Source of the DNA: Narcine bancroftii
Taxonomy: Eukaryota
Reading direction: 5' to 3'
Assembly: GCF_036971445.1 (NCBI RefSeq)
Contig: NC_091475.1
Location: 204,848,001 to 204,912,000 of the forward strand
Length of the DNA stretch: 64,000 nt
The notes under the pieces are model-generated. The model worked only from the letters and a program-made list of their open reading frames with translations. It searched no databases and was not told the origin of the DNA. Made by a program: the position numbers and the translations under genes. Position 1 is the stretch's first letter, and each line of letters starts with the position of its first letter. This document shows positions 12,780-24,700 of the stretch, in pieces.

Positions 12780-14290
12780 AATTCAAGATTATTTATTTAT
12801 GTCACGTAATGAAACCAAAAATGTGACATTACACAAAATTTCCTCTAGTCTACCGTAAGACAGTCAAAAATTTGCCCAGGGCCCCTTACAATTCGAGAAA
12901 GAAAAGTAAAAGAGAGTCCCTGCAGAGTCAATGAGAGTCCATGCATTCACTCCAATGCTTCCCCAGCCTCTGCAGCTGCACAGTCTTCTGTCCAAGCTCC
13001 AGATGCACTCTTGACCCCATCTGAAAGTCTCCAGCACCTTTGGCAACCTCTTCTGTGTCCCGGTTTTAATACCTGGTACCCCTTCTGCCAGTCTTAACTG
13101 CAGCCACCAGCAGCCTGCGTGGGTTCATCACCCCCGGGCCACCAACAACCTGTGTTCCTCGCGAAGCCCCAGATCATCTCATTGGTCCACCGCTGTGATC
13201 CTGATCCCATAGGTCTGCTTCTCCTTCTCAGATAGGGGGTGTTCTCCCCTGTAGGCACCTGTTGCTACGGCTGTTCTACTCTTGCTGCAATCGCGCTGCA
13301 GCCTCCGTATTAACAGTGGTGTACTGCGCAAGTGCAGGGTACCTGGTTAGTTAGTAGGGAGTATACAGAAGACTGTGGACGCAGGCTGCAAGACCACCCC
13401 CCCTTCCCAGTAATGTAAATACGTTTATCTTGCTCAGTAAAGCATTTGTTGTGGTTCCCTGCATCTACCGACTCTACTCATTATTTTAAGCTCAATAATG
13501 AACATGGTGTCAGAAGTGAAGCCTCACAACTGAAGAAATACCATAGTGAGAGTTCAAACCACATTTATAAAACCTCAAAATGGCCGGCATGTTAAGACGG
13601 CCCGACCCCATGGTGTTCAAAGGAAACGTGGCCAAAAACTAGCACATATTCGAACAGGAATATAATATTTTTATCGCAGCAGCGCACAGTGATAAGCCTG
13701 CAAGTACCAGAGCATAAATCTTGTTAAATTTGGCGGGCGTGGAAGACATTGAAAGGGAGCAGTCCTTTCACTACACAGATGAAGTGCGTAAGGGAAATTT
13801 TGTGATTCGTGCAGCCGAAACAAGGGAGGACCCCGAATGCCTTAAACAAAAGTTTAGGGAGATGTGCAACCCTCAGAAGAATATAACATTGGAGAGACAC
13901 AAATTTAATAAAAGGACCGGAACCCTGGCGAGTCCATACACTCATACGTGGAGTGGTCTGTGGGGAGCTGAGCTCTACTTATTAGTTAAGTACAATAATG
14001 AACATCCCCTTTTTCTGGGGCCCTGCACCAGTCCTCCTCTTCCCCGGATTCTGCAGCCTTTCATTGCCACTGCCGTACATAGGCGCCACCATCTTGGGCC
14101 CAGACCTCGCAGTCACAGGATTTTAACACTGTCAGAACAGCAGGCCATTTAAAGCCTGTGACAGAGTCAATGGAGGTTGGGCAGGGTGGTTGGAGCCCAC
14201 GGAGGAGCGCTGTGTCTCTGCTCCCCTCCGCTGGTGGTTCCACACCAATGGCAACGCTGCTTTAACAGGAGCTTCAGCAATGCCCCATTT
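12780..14290 (-). mobile_element. Unclassified non-coding retroelement (family B), interrupted by a Gypsy deletion derivative
   Basis: Homologous to 18035-18425, 46062-46907, 53090-53805, 59040-60413; CAAGATGG motif and ATAAA..TCTTGAAT tail on the minus strand. Confidence 0.6.
13250..14004 (+). mobile_element. Internally deleted Gypsy (Mag-like gag) with tRNA-Leu PBS
   Basis: LTR 13250-13504; PBS TGGTGTCAGAAGTG 13505-13518; gag from ATG 13580 (LRRPDPMVFKGNVAKN...CNPQKNITLERHKFNKR); then jumps to the 3' LTR tip ending CAATAATGAACA; perfect 5-bp TSD TCCCC. Confidence 0.88.
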
Positions 14291-14769
14291 TTTGTTTGCA
14301 TGAGGTCTGAACAAGGTTAGAAGAATCTCTCAGGATATTTGGGGAATCTGTGTGTCCCCACTTTTTTAGAATCCATTCTCTCCATCGGTAACGTGCAGAG
14401 ATGTCATTCGATGCCACCATTTCTCAGGAAAGTCCAGTCCTCATTTGCTTTCATGAGGTAGATGAGTCTGAGCAGTCTCTTTTAAGGGAAGATCTCAGAA
14501 AACATTTCTTAATTGGAAAGGTGACTACTGTCCAAAGCGTGTTCCATGGGGAAGTAATTAATTGGGTCTTACACATGAGGTGAGTTACAGTGAAAGGGTG
14601 AATAGTTTAGGACTTTATTCCCTGGTCCATTGGAGAATTAGGGAAGATTTGTTAGAGGCATACAAAATTATGGGGTATAAATAGGGTAAATGCAAGGAGG
14701 CTTTTTGCATTGCGGTTCAGTGAGTGAAGAACTACTCATGCACAGACTAGATGGAGTAAAGCATGCAAG

Positions 14770-14933
14770 TTTGCAGTAAAAACACTCAGAAATGCTAGAG
14801 GAACTCAGCCAGTCTCGTAGCATCCAGAAGAGGTAAAGATGCATTGCCAACATTTCAGACCTGAGCCCTTCTTTGACTTTTCCAGTTTCCGTTAAACCCC
14901 CATCTTTGACCGATCTCCATTCCTCTAATTCTG

Positions 14934-14975
<42 letters not shown>

Positions 14976-15212
14976 CTTTTTCCCTCTGTCTCCTTTCACA
15001 GAGCCAAAATTAATTCTCACCTCTCCTCATATCTCCTTAGCACTTTTAGTCTGTTGGACTCTTCCCCATCTCATTCTTCCCCCTTTTCCTCCCCAGTTGC
15101 AGATGCCTGTCTGTTTTTTTTTGCTTATGCCTTGATGAAGGGCTCAGGGCCAAAATATCAGTAATATATCTTTACCTCGTTTGGATGCTGTGAGACCTGC
15201 CGAGTCTTCCAG
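14770..15212. mobile_element. Penelope terminal remnant with inverted pseudo-LTR
   Basis: 14770-14878 is the reverse complement of 15130-15212; (CT)n at 14934-14975 lies between. Confidence 0.75.
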
Positions 15213-15739
15213 ATGAGAGAGGCAAAGGGCCTGTTTCTGTGATGTTATGTTCTTTGGTTCCATAACAAGACACAGCAAATTGCTTTCCCCAAGAGTTTGA
15301 GAACTCTTTTTATAAAGCTAATTACTAGCATGGGAAAATTGCAATTCTGGAACGACGGGATCAAATAGGTGAAGATTATTTTAATGAATCTGTATCCTTC
15401 TTCCTGTGACACTGGGTGAAATATTGCACTGGGGTAATCATTTCAAGAAGGCTTGCTCATATTTCAATACAGCTTCAGAATTCAAATTAGTTGGTGTTTT
15501 TATTTTAAAGAAGCAAGAGTTGTGAAGTTAGTAGATTGTTATCTCCTTTGTCAGGAAATTAAATTTGACACTCCTTGAGTCCCACAGCATGGAAACATCC
15601 CTACTGAAACCTCACTGACCAACAACTAACTAATCATTTCCATTAAATCCTGCACTAATCCCATTTTATTCTCCCCACATCCAGTCATCTCTTCACAGGT
15701 TCCCACCTGCGTTGAATCACACAACTCCTCCAAGGTTAC

Positions 15740-16995
15740 GGGAAGGATGTGGTGCAGAGGAAATTTACAAGGATGTTGCCTGGATGTAAACAGGTTGAGT
15801 GAACTCAGCCTTTCATCCTTGGAGCCATGGAGGATGAGAGGTGACCTGATAGTCAGAGGCTTTTTCCCAGGCCTGAAATGGTTGCCACAAGAGGTCATGG
15901 GTTTAAGGTGCTGGGGAGTAGGTACAGAGGAGATGTAAGGGGTAAGCTTTATTATGCAGAGAGTGGTGCGTACGAGGAATGAGGTGCAGCCACAGTGATG
16001 GAGGTGGATATATTAGGGTCTTTTAAGAGACTTTTGGATAGGTAGAAATATAGAGGGCTATGGGTATACGTAGTAATTTCTAAGGTAGGGACATGCTTTG
16101 GTACCACTTTATGGGCCGAAGGGCCCATATTGTGCTGTAGGTTTTCTATGTTGTATGTCTGTTTCAATGTTTACAAGAGGAGAAAGATAGGATACAGATT
16201 TGGCCAGTAAAGTGGCAGTTGGAGTTCAATCCGGATAAGTGTGAGTTGATGCATTTTGAAAGGACGAACCAGAAGACTGAGTTACTTAAGAGTGTGGATG
16301 AACAGAGGGATCTTGGGGTCCAAATTCATACCTCCCTCAAGCTCACCACACAAGTTGATAGGATAGTTAAGAAGGTCTATGGATGCTGGCTTCACTAGCC
16401 GGGGGATTGAGTTCAAGTGTCTCGAGGTGATGTTGCAGCTCTACAAATCTCTGGTGAGACCACACTTGGAGTATTGTGTTCAGTTCTAGTCACCTCATTG
16501 CAGGAAGGATGTGGAAGCTATGGAGAGGGTGCAGAGGAGGTTTACCAGGATGTTACCTGGAATGGATAATAAGTCTTATGAGACTTTTCTCTTTGGAGCG
16601 CAGAAGAATGAGACTTAATACAGGTCTTCAAGATTATGAGAGGCAAAGATTGGGTTGACTGCCAGCGCCTGTTTCCCAGAGCAGGAATAGCAAACACCAG
16701 AGAGCTTGTATACAAAGTAAAGGGAGGGAAGTTCAGGGGAGACATCAGGGATAAGTTTTTTTAAGCAGAAAGTTATGGGGGCCTACAATGCCTTGCCAGG
16801 GATAATGGTGGAGGTTGAAACATTGGAGGCATTGATGAGACTCTTAGACAGGCACATGGATGGAAGAAAAACAGAGGGTTACAGGGTAGAAAGGGTTTAG
16901 TACTTTTTTTTAAGGAATATATGAGTTGGCACAACATTGAGGGCCGAATGGCCTGTACTGTGCTGTAGGGTTTTGTGTTCCCAATGTTCTATGTT
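15740..16995 (+). mobile_element. Two tandem CR1 3' fragments
   Basis: YKSLVRPHLEYCVQF, ERVQRRFTRMLPG; two CR1 3' ends (TGTGCTGTAGG..TTCTATG) at ~16150 and ~16990. Confidence 0.8.
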
Positions 16996-17389
16996 TATCC
17001 ATGCTGATGAAGTTGGCCTTGAGCAGACCTACTTGCCTGCCTTTGCTCCATATTCTTCTGAATCCCTCCATTCCAATCACCTGTAAAAATGCCTTTGAAC
17101 GCCAAAATTGGTTATAAGGTTACCTTATAGTGGTTTATCAAACCTGTCCAATCTCTCCTTATAACTCAAACCCTCCAGTCCCAGCAAATTCCTGGTGAAG
17201 ATCCCCTCCATCCTTTCCATCCTTCCCCTCCATCCTTTCCATCTTCTCAATATAGTGAAGCAAGATCAGTACTGCACAGTACAGGCCCTTTGGCCCACAA
17301 TGTAAACCTACTGCACACCAATCTAATCCTTCTCTCCGTCACTCCCTTAATCCTATATTTTTTGACATCCATGTGCATACCTGCATCAA

Positions 17390-18032
17390 AAGGGCATCAA
17401 CCAAGAAGAGCAGAGGTAGCTGCCTCAATGACAATCACCCAGTAGCACCCAGGTCTACTCTGATGAAATGCTTTGAGAGGTTGGTCATGGCCAGAATTAC
17501 CTAAGGAAAGATCGGGACCCACTGTAATTCGCCTACCATCGCAATTGGTCCACAGCAGATGCAATATCTCTGGGTCTCCCTCAGCTTGGATCACAGCAAC
17601 ATGTACATCAGGGCACTCTTCATCAATTACAGCTCAGCTTTCAACACCATCACGCCCCTCACATGTGCTGGCTGACAAGCTCCGAATCCGGGGCCCCTGC
17701 AACCTCCTCGTTGGAAGACCACAGTCAGGATGAATCGGAAACTCCTCCTCAATGACAATCAACACAGGCGCATCTCATGGATGTGCTCACCCATGACTAG
17801 GTGGCTGAACACAATTCATATGCTGTCAACAAATTTGGCGATGATGCCACAGCCATCGGTGGAATCACAATTGGCAAGAGGGAGATAGATCAGCTGGACG
17901 AGTGTTGTCTCAACAACAAACTTTCACTCAAGCTTAGGAGCTAATAAGCTGATGGTGGACTTCAGGAGGGAGAAATCAGGAGAACACGAACCAGACCTCA
18001 TCACGGGGTCAGCAGTGGAGAGGGTCAAGAAC
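17390..18032 (+). mobile_element. Rex1/Babar-like LINE RT fragment
   Basis: CLND..PVA..MKCFERLVM, DPL*FAY, KFGDDATAIG.I, L.VDFRR. Confidence 0.75.
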
Positions 18033-18034
18033 TG

Positions 18035-18425
18035 TTGCCTACTTGCAATCTGCAGGCTGCGGGCTACCGGAGCCTGGCTCATGGGAACCAGGTATTGGAA
18101 CCAGGATTCAAGAGGGTTCTGAGGACAGGAAAGGCCCCTGAAGGGGCCTTGGGAGCTGAAAGCTTTCTGATCGCATCAGAGATTTGGACCCGGAGCCTGG
18201 ATGGCCAGTGGATCAAACAGGAGTCTGTGCAACTGCAGAGGCTGTGGGAGCGCTGGAGGAGAATCCGTGGATGCTCTGAAGGGACTCTCTTTCTCTTATT
18301 GTTAGGGGCTCTGGGTAACGCTCGTGGCGGCTCTTTGGTTGAACAGCAGACAGAAAGTGGTCCATTATGTACGTTAGATTTTTAACGTGTTATTACAGGA
18401 CAAAAAAAAAGGAACCTTGAATCTA
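18035..18425 (+). mobile_element. Family B non-coding retroelement, 3' part
   Basis: GGAACCAGGTATTGGAACC...GGGACTCTCT...AAAGGAACCTTGAATCT shared with other copies. Confidence 0.6.
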
Positions 18426-18594
18426 GAGATGGATGAACCTGAAAGTTCTGGATATTTGCTATAATTAAATAAAGTTTCCTTAAAACAACTAAAATTGGCA
18501 AGCTGCCTCCAGTGAGCTGGTTATCCAGTCAGAAAACACCAAAAATACCCAACAGGTGAAGCAGCATCCGTGGAGAAAGAAACATTTCAGGTCG

Positions 18595-18844
18595 AATGAA
18601 ACATGAAAGTCTGCAGACGCTAAGATTATAGTAAAAACATACTGAAATGCTGGAATAACTCAGCTGGACTTTTCGGCATCCATAGGAAACAAAGATACAT
18701 TGTCAACGTATCTGGCCTGAGCCCTTCTTCAAGGAACAAGCAAAATGAGCCAGAAAGTCTTAGAATTCAAACAGTGCCAGCTGGGGGAGGATAAGCTTGC
18801 CAAGAATTTATCATGTTTGTGTGAAAAGAGACAGGAGGGGTGGG

Positions 18845-18916
<72 letters not shown>

Positions 18917-19190
18917 GGAAGGCGAGGAGGAAAGAAGTTTAATGAAAGCCAGAGAAGTCGATATTAATGCCATCCAGTCGGAAGATGGGGTGTTGTTTCA
19001 TCAATATGCAGGTGGTTTCAGTCTGGCAGGGCATCAGACATGTCAATGAGGGAATGGGATGGGGAGTTCAAATGGGAGATCCACATTATTGTGGTGGACA
19101 GAGCCGAAGTGAAGCGCTCCACAAAGTGACCTCCCAGTCTGAATCCGGTCTCTCCGATGTACCGGAGATCACAATGGGAGCACCGAAACA
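18595..19190 (-). mobile_element. Penelope-like 3' remnant containing (GA)n
   Basis: Reverse CCTTGAAGAAGGGCTCAGGCCAGATACG; AGAAGTCGATATTAATGCCATC; TGAAGCGCTCCACAAAGTGACCTCCCAGTCT is the antisense GIY-YIG region. Confidence 0.75.
18849..18911. repeat. (GA)n microsatellite
   Basis: Perfect dinucleotide run. Confidence 0.97.
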
Positions 19191-20004
19191 TTTAAATCTA
19201 CGACTTGGTGAATAAGTAAAGTCAAAATATGTTTAGTTGCACAGAAGCAGAAAGAGAAATGGGTGTGATTGAGATGGAGGTCAATGAAAACAGTGATCAT
19301 GGTTGCCCTTTACTTCCTCTGGACGCTATGTGACCTGCTGAGTTTCTCCAGCACATTTGCGTATTGCACGCGATCCCAGTGTCTGTAGACTTTCTTTTTT
19401 AACAGTGGTGGTGGCACTGGATGAAGAAGGTGTCAGGTAAGAAGATAAAGGATAGATTTCACTGTCAGAATATTTATCAAAGATCTCTGTGCAAGTTGTG
19501 AAATCTGGTATTGCCAATTTCCAAAGCCTTCTCTGTGAGCTGCAATTTACTCCTTTCACAGATTAAACTGATTGCTTTGTCAGGCAGTAAAGCAGCTTGC
19601 AAATACCAATCGGAAATTGAAAGGTGGTTCTTGCTGGTGTTAATTTCGGACGATCCCTTCACGATAATTTGTTCCTCCTCAACAGTGGTGGAGTGGTTGA
19701 ACCAGGGCTACTGAATTGGGGGCTGAAGGAGATTCCAGAGGCAGGGAGAGATGAAACAATGCAGAGTGTGACAAACAAGGGTGGGAGTTAAAACAAGAAC
19801 AGCGGCAGACTATGGGGTTGAGGGCAATGCACAGAAATGCTGGAAAAATGCAGCGTCCAAAGGAAGTAAAGTTCAGGTCAAGTTTATTTATTTTCCGATT
19901 GTACCAGTACAACCCCACAAAACAGCGTTCTCCAATCCTCGGTGCAACACACTGCAAACACACACACTTGCAAATAATACATATGCACAGTGGAAATATA
20001 CAAA

Positions 20005-20235
20005 TATGGCTGGTGTAGCGGTTAGCACAATGCCTGTACAGCACCAGCGATTGATACCGGGGCTAGAATCCCACATTGTCTGTGCGGAGTTTGCATGTTC
20101 TCCCTGTGTCTGCATTAGCTTTCCCTGGGGGCTCCAGTTTTCTCCCACCATTCAAAAACTTACCGGGGTGTAGGTCAATTGGGTATAATTGGGCAGCATG
20201 GACTCATGGGCTGAGCCTGTTACCATGCTACATGC
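20005..20235 (+). mobile_element. V-SINE (HE1-like)
   Basis: TGGTGTAGCGGTTAGC A box, GGCTAGAATCCC B box, GGAGTTTGCATGTTCTCCCTGTGTCTG. Confidence 0.85.
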
Positions 20236-21194
20236 TTCTCTAAGTTTAAATATAATAGGTAACTCACGAAGGGTTCATCAGTCATTCAGCTATCTCACTG
20301 CATGGGGAAAGAAACTGTTTCTCAGCCTGGTCATCCTGGTTCTGACACTCCTGTAACTCTTTCCTGACAGGAACAGCTGGAAGTTGCTGCGTGCAGGATG
20401 GTAGGTGGCTTCACTTATTACTCCCTACACTCTCTCCTCTCTTTCCACCTCCTCCATCTTTTTTTAAAATTCTGGCATCCACGTATTATTATTTTTCGGA
20501 TACCTGGCGAAGGGCTCAAGCCCAAAACATTGGTTACTTTCCACTTCCTATGGACGCTGTGTAATCGCCTGCATTGTAAGTAAGGTTGACGGTTAAACAG
20601 GAAAGTCTGCAGATGCTGGGATTGCCAAGCGTGTGGGAGACTCTCAGCAGATCGTGCAACATCTATCGGAAGTAAAGGGTCAACAACAGTTTGGATCTGA
20701 TCCGTTCATCAAGGATAAGAATTTCTTTTTCAATTGTCCATTGATAAGAGACAAAATAAGATCAGGAAACATAAGGGTAAGAATTCAGACCGGTGTTTCT
20801 GTGCAGACTCAACTGAGAAAATCACCTTTTGTTTAATCTGCATTGTCAAAGATTAATATTTTAAGATGCACTTCAGAAGAGGAAAGGGAGATAGAGAGAT
20901 AGAAAGGTTAGGTTGGGAAATACGAAGCAAGAGGGGCGGAAAAATTCATGACCAAGAGAGAGTCAAAGATCAGAGAGCAGGACCATGTGCCCAACTCGCT
21001 CGTGCCAACCAAGTCGGCATTCTGGGATGGCCCCATCTGCCTGCATTTGTTCCATCTCCTTTCAACCCATTCTTATCCATAAACCTAACCAAATGTCTTT
21101 TAAATGTCAGAATTGTGCCACTCCCAGATACGGACCACTCTTGGAAATAAAACGTTGCCCCTCAGGTCCTTCCCTTAATTTCTCCCTTCGCACT

Positions 21195-21655
21195 TTAAGT
21201 CTGAGGAGATTTGATACGTCACCAAAGACTCTTGCAAATTTCTTCAGGTCTACCGTGGAGAGCATTCCAACTGGTTACATCGCTGTCTGTTGGGGAGGTG
21301 CCAATGAACAGGACAGGAAAAGACTACAGAGAGTTGTGAACTCAGCCAGCGACGTCACAGGCATCAGTCATCACTCCATAGAGGACACGTACAAGAGGCG
21401 GTGTCTTAAGAAAGGAGCCTCTATCCTCAAGGACCTCTTGACATTGTTACCATCAGGAAGGAGGTACAGGAGCCTGAAGATGAACACCCAGTGGCACAAG
21501 GACAGATTTCTGAATGGAGACTGAACCTCACTAAACCATATTTTCTTGCATTATTGATTTCGATATGAAATGTAACTCCTCGCAATATTTGCACTATCAC
21601 ACTGCTCAAAAGAACAAATTTCGTGACGTGCTCATGACAATAAATTCTGATTCTT
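21195..21655 (+). mobile_element. Rex1/Babar-like LINE 3' end nested in a minus-strand CR1
   Basis: LRRF..SPKTLANFFRSTVESI.TG.I.V.WG...DRKRLQRVV...LLPSGRRYRS; tail ACAATAAATTCTGATTCT. Confidence 0.8.
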
Positions 21656-21706
21656 ATCTGCCCTCAGTTACTAGAATCATCTACTCTGGGCAACTGACTG
21701 TGAACA

Positions 21707-24700
21707 TGAAATGCCAGTTGATGAAGTAGACAAAGACGATGTGGTCAAACAATAATCATGGCTTTTATTCACAGAAACTCATGGTACAATAATGAAAGAC
21801 AATAGATGCACATACAGTTATATCCAAGGGGAGTGTCCTTAACAGAAGAGATAACGCACAGCCAATGTTAGTACAGCAAGGCTCGCCAGAGGGGAGACAG
21901 GCAGCTTGGCAGAGATTCACCACAGTCTCCCCCCAGCAGAAGAAGGGTTAAAATCAAAAGGACAGCTGCTAGGAAAGACTGAAGCAAGCGATACATGGAT
22001 ATTATGTTTGGCTTTGAGATACTCCAACAGCCAAAATACGCCAGTATCTAGCAAGTAATCAAAATATAATGTGATGTTTTATGAATATGTCGGCCTATCA
22101 GGCTGTTTATGAATTCTGGTGCTTCGTCTCAAAACAGGTCGCTCCTTTGCAACCTTGGGAACTGGTACAGGTCCTAGGTCTGTAGTGTGGGAAGGACTGG
22201 CTTCTGGACCCGCTCCAGAATTGCCAGCGTGAGGCAGTGGAGCCTCAGCATGGCCATCTGAAAGCTGACTAGGTCACAAGTTGGGGGGGTGAGTCCAACC
22301 TCTCAGGATTACTCTGAGTAGGGGTGTGGGGAAGGGGAGAACCAGGCGAGGCCAGATCTCTTAGGGGTACAGTGTCAGTACTCCCGTCTGGGAATTTAAC
22401 ATGAGCGTAGTTGGGGTTAGTATGCAGTAGCTGAACTGGTTGGACTAGGGGGTCTGTTTTACGTGCCCGAGCGTGGCTCTTCAGTAGCACGGTTCCAGGC
22501 TCAGATAAACAGGCTGGCCAGTCCATTACAGTTCCTGATTTCCTAGGAAAGGCAAACATACATTCATGAGGTGTTTGATTTGTTGCAGTACACAATAAAG
22601 ACCGAATGGAATGTAGTGCCTCAGGCAGCACCTCCTGCCACCGGGTAACAGGGTAACCATGTGTTTTTAAAGCAAGATTAACAGTCTTCCAGACTATAGC
22701 ATTAGCCCTTTCAACCTGCCATTGCCCTGTGGGTTGTAGCTCGTGGTACGGCTGGTGGCAATCCCATTTTGTAGCAGGGCTCGCCGCAGTTCAACGCTCA
22801 TGAATGCTGAGCCTCTACCGGTATGAATGTAATTGGGAAAACAAAAAATGCTGAAAATTCTGTCGTGACTTAGTGACAGACGCTGACGAGACGACAGGGC
22901 AGGGTATCGCAAAGGGAAACCTGGAATATTCGTCAATTACAGTAAGGAAATATACATTTTTGTTGTTGAAAGGTAACGGCCCTTTAAAATCTAAGCTAAT
23001 ACTCTCCAAAGGTCGGGTTGCCTTGATGAGAGTGGCCTCTGGAGCTTTGAAGTATTACGGTTTGCATTCTGCGCAAACAGGACAGCTTTTAGTCAATTTC
23101 CTGACTTCTTCCAGAGAGTAAGGAAGGTTGTTAGCCCTTATGTAGTGGAAGAATCTCATGACTCCTGGGTGGCACAGTCTGCTATGGATCTCTTTTAGCC
23201 CCTCCAGCTGAGCACCAGCAGCAGATCGTGACAATGTGTCAGAGGGATCGTTTAACCTGCCCGGTCTGTACTGGATCTCATAATTATAAGCTGAGAGTTT
23301 TATTCGCCAGCGTGCCATCTTATCGTTCTTGATTTTACTTTTGTGTTTAGTACTGAACATGTAGGCTACAGATTCCTGATCAGTGACAAGAGTAAATTTT
23401 CTGCCAGCTAGAAAGTGTCTCCAGTAGCGAACAGCTTCAATAATAGCCTGGGCTTCTTTTTCAATGGCAGGATGTTTAAGTTCAGGTCCGCGTAACGTGC
23501 GGGAGAAGAATGCCACAGGTCTGTCCTTTTGATTAAGGGTTCCTGCCAAGGCACAATCTGAGGCATCAGTTTCCACTTGGAATGGAACATCCTCGTCAAT
23601 GGACAAGAGTGCAGCTTTGGCAATATCAGCTTTAATTCTCTCGAAAGCCTTCAAGGCCATTGGAGAGAGAGGAAAAGATTTAGTGTGAAACAGAGGGCGT
23701 GGCTTCGTGGCGTAGTCCCGAACCCATTTGCAGTAGTAGGAAAAGAATCTCATACAGCTTTTAAGGGCTTTTGCTGAGTTTGGGGGTGGTAACTTCTTAA
23801 GGGGGGCCATTCTTTCCGGGTCGGGGCGGATTTCGCCCTTGCGGACAATGTAGCCCAGAATGGGTAGCTCTGTCGCATTGAACACACACTTGCCCTCGTT
23901 AACTGTAAGGTTGACTTCTTTAGCTGTTGCTAAAAATTTCTTTAAGTTGTTGTCGTGATCAGCCTGTGTTTTCCCACAGATAGTGACATTATCTAGATAG
24001 GGGTATGTACCCTGTAACTCATACGTCCTAACAATCTTAACCATTTCCCTCTGAAACACGGACACACCATTAGTGACCCCAAAAGGTACCCTTTTAAACT
24101 AGCATAACCCTCCCTCAGCCTCAAAAGCCGAATAGGGCCATTGCCTTTTCTTAATGGGGATTTGGTGATAAGCTGCTTTGAGGTCGATAGTGGAGAACAC
24201 TTTGTATTGCGTTATCTGATTAATCATTTCATTGATGCTTGGCAGGGGGTAGGCATCCAGGTTAGTGTAACGATTGATTGTCTGGCTGTAATCAATAGCC
24301 AGTCGTCTCTTAGTGTGATTTTTCACGACTACCACTTAGGCCCGCCACGGACTCTTACTAGGTTCAATTACTCCCTCTTTAAGCAATCTCTGGGTCTCAG
24401 CTTTGATAAACTCACGATCCTCTTTGCTGTAAGAACGGTTCTTAGTGGCAATCAGTTGACACTCAGGGGATAAATCACTGCATCTTTAATGTGAACAGAC
24501 CACAGTAACTTGCACGGGGAATGGTAAATGTGGGTAGCGGCCCACCAAAATTTAACACTACACTTTCATCTGAGATTGAATATCTAACCCCAGTAACACA
24601 GGGGCGCAGAGCTCTGGCATAATAAAGAGCCACACATCAGTCAGGCAATGTCCCTGCAAATTTAAAGTAACTTTACAGTTGTCCCGTACAGTTTTTGTAA

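Noticed and set aside
18745-19049. ORFs with (ER)n or (SL)n tracts, also at 43581-43793
   Set aside because: Translation of (GA)n microsatellites.
21925-22270. env gene or chromodomain after the integrase of element 2
   Set aside because: Only a short low-complexity tail and 3' UTR before the PPT; no room for env and no chromodomain motif seen.
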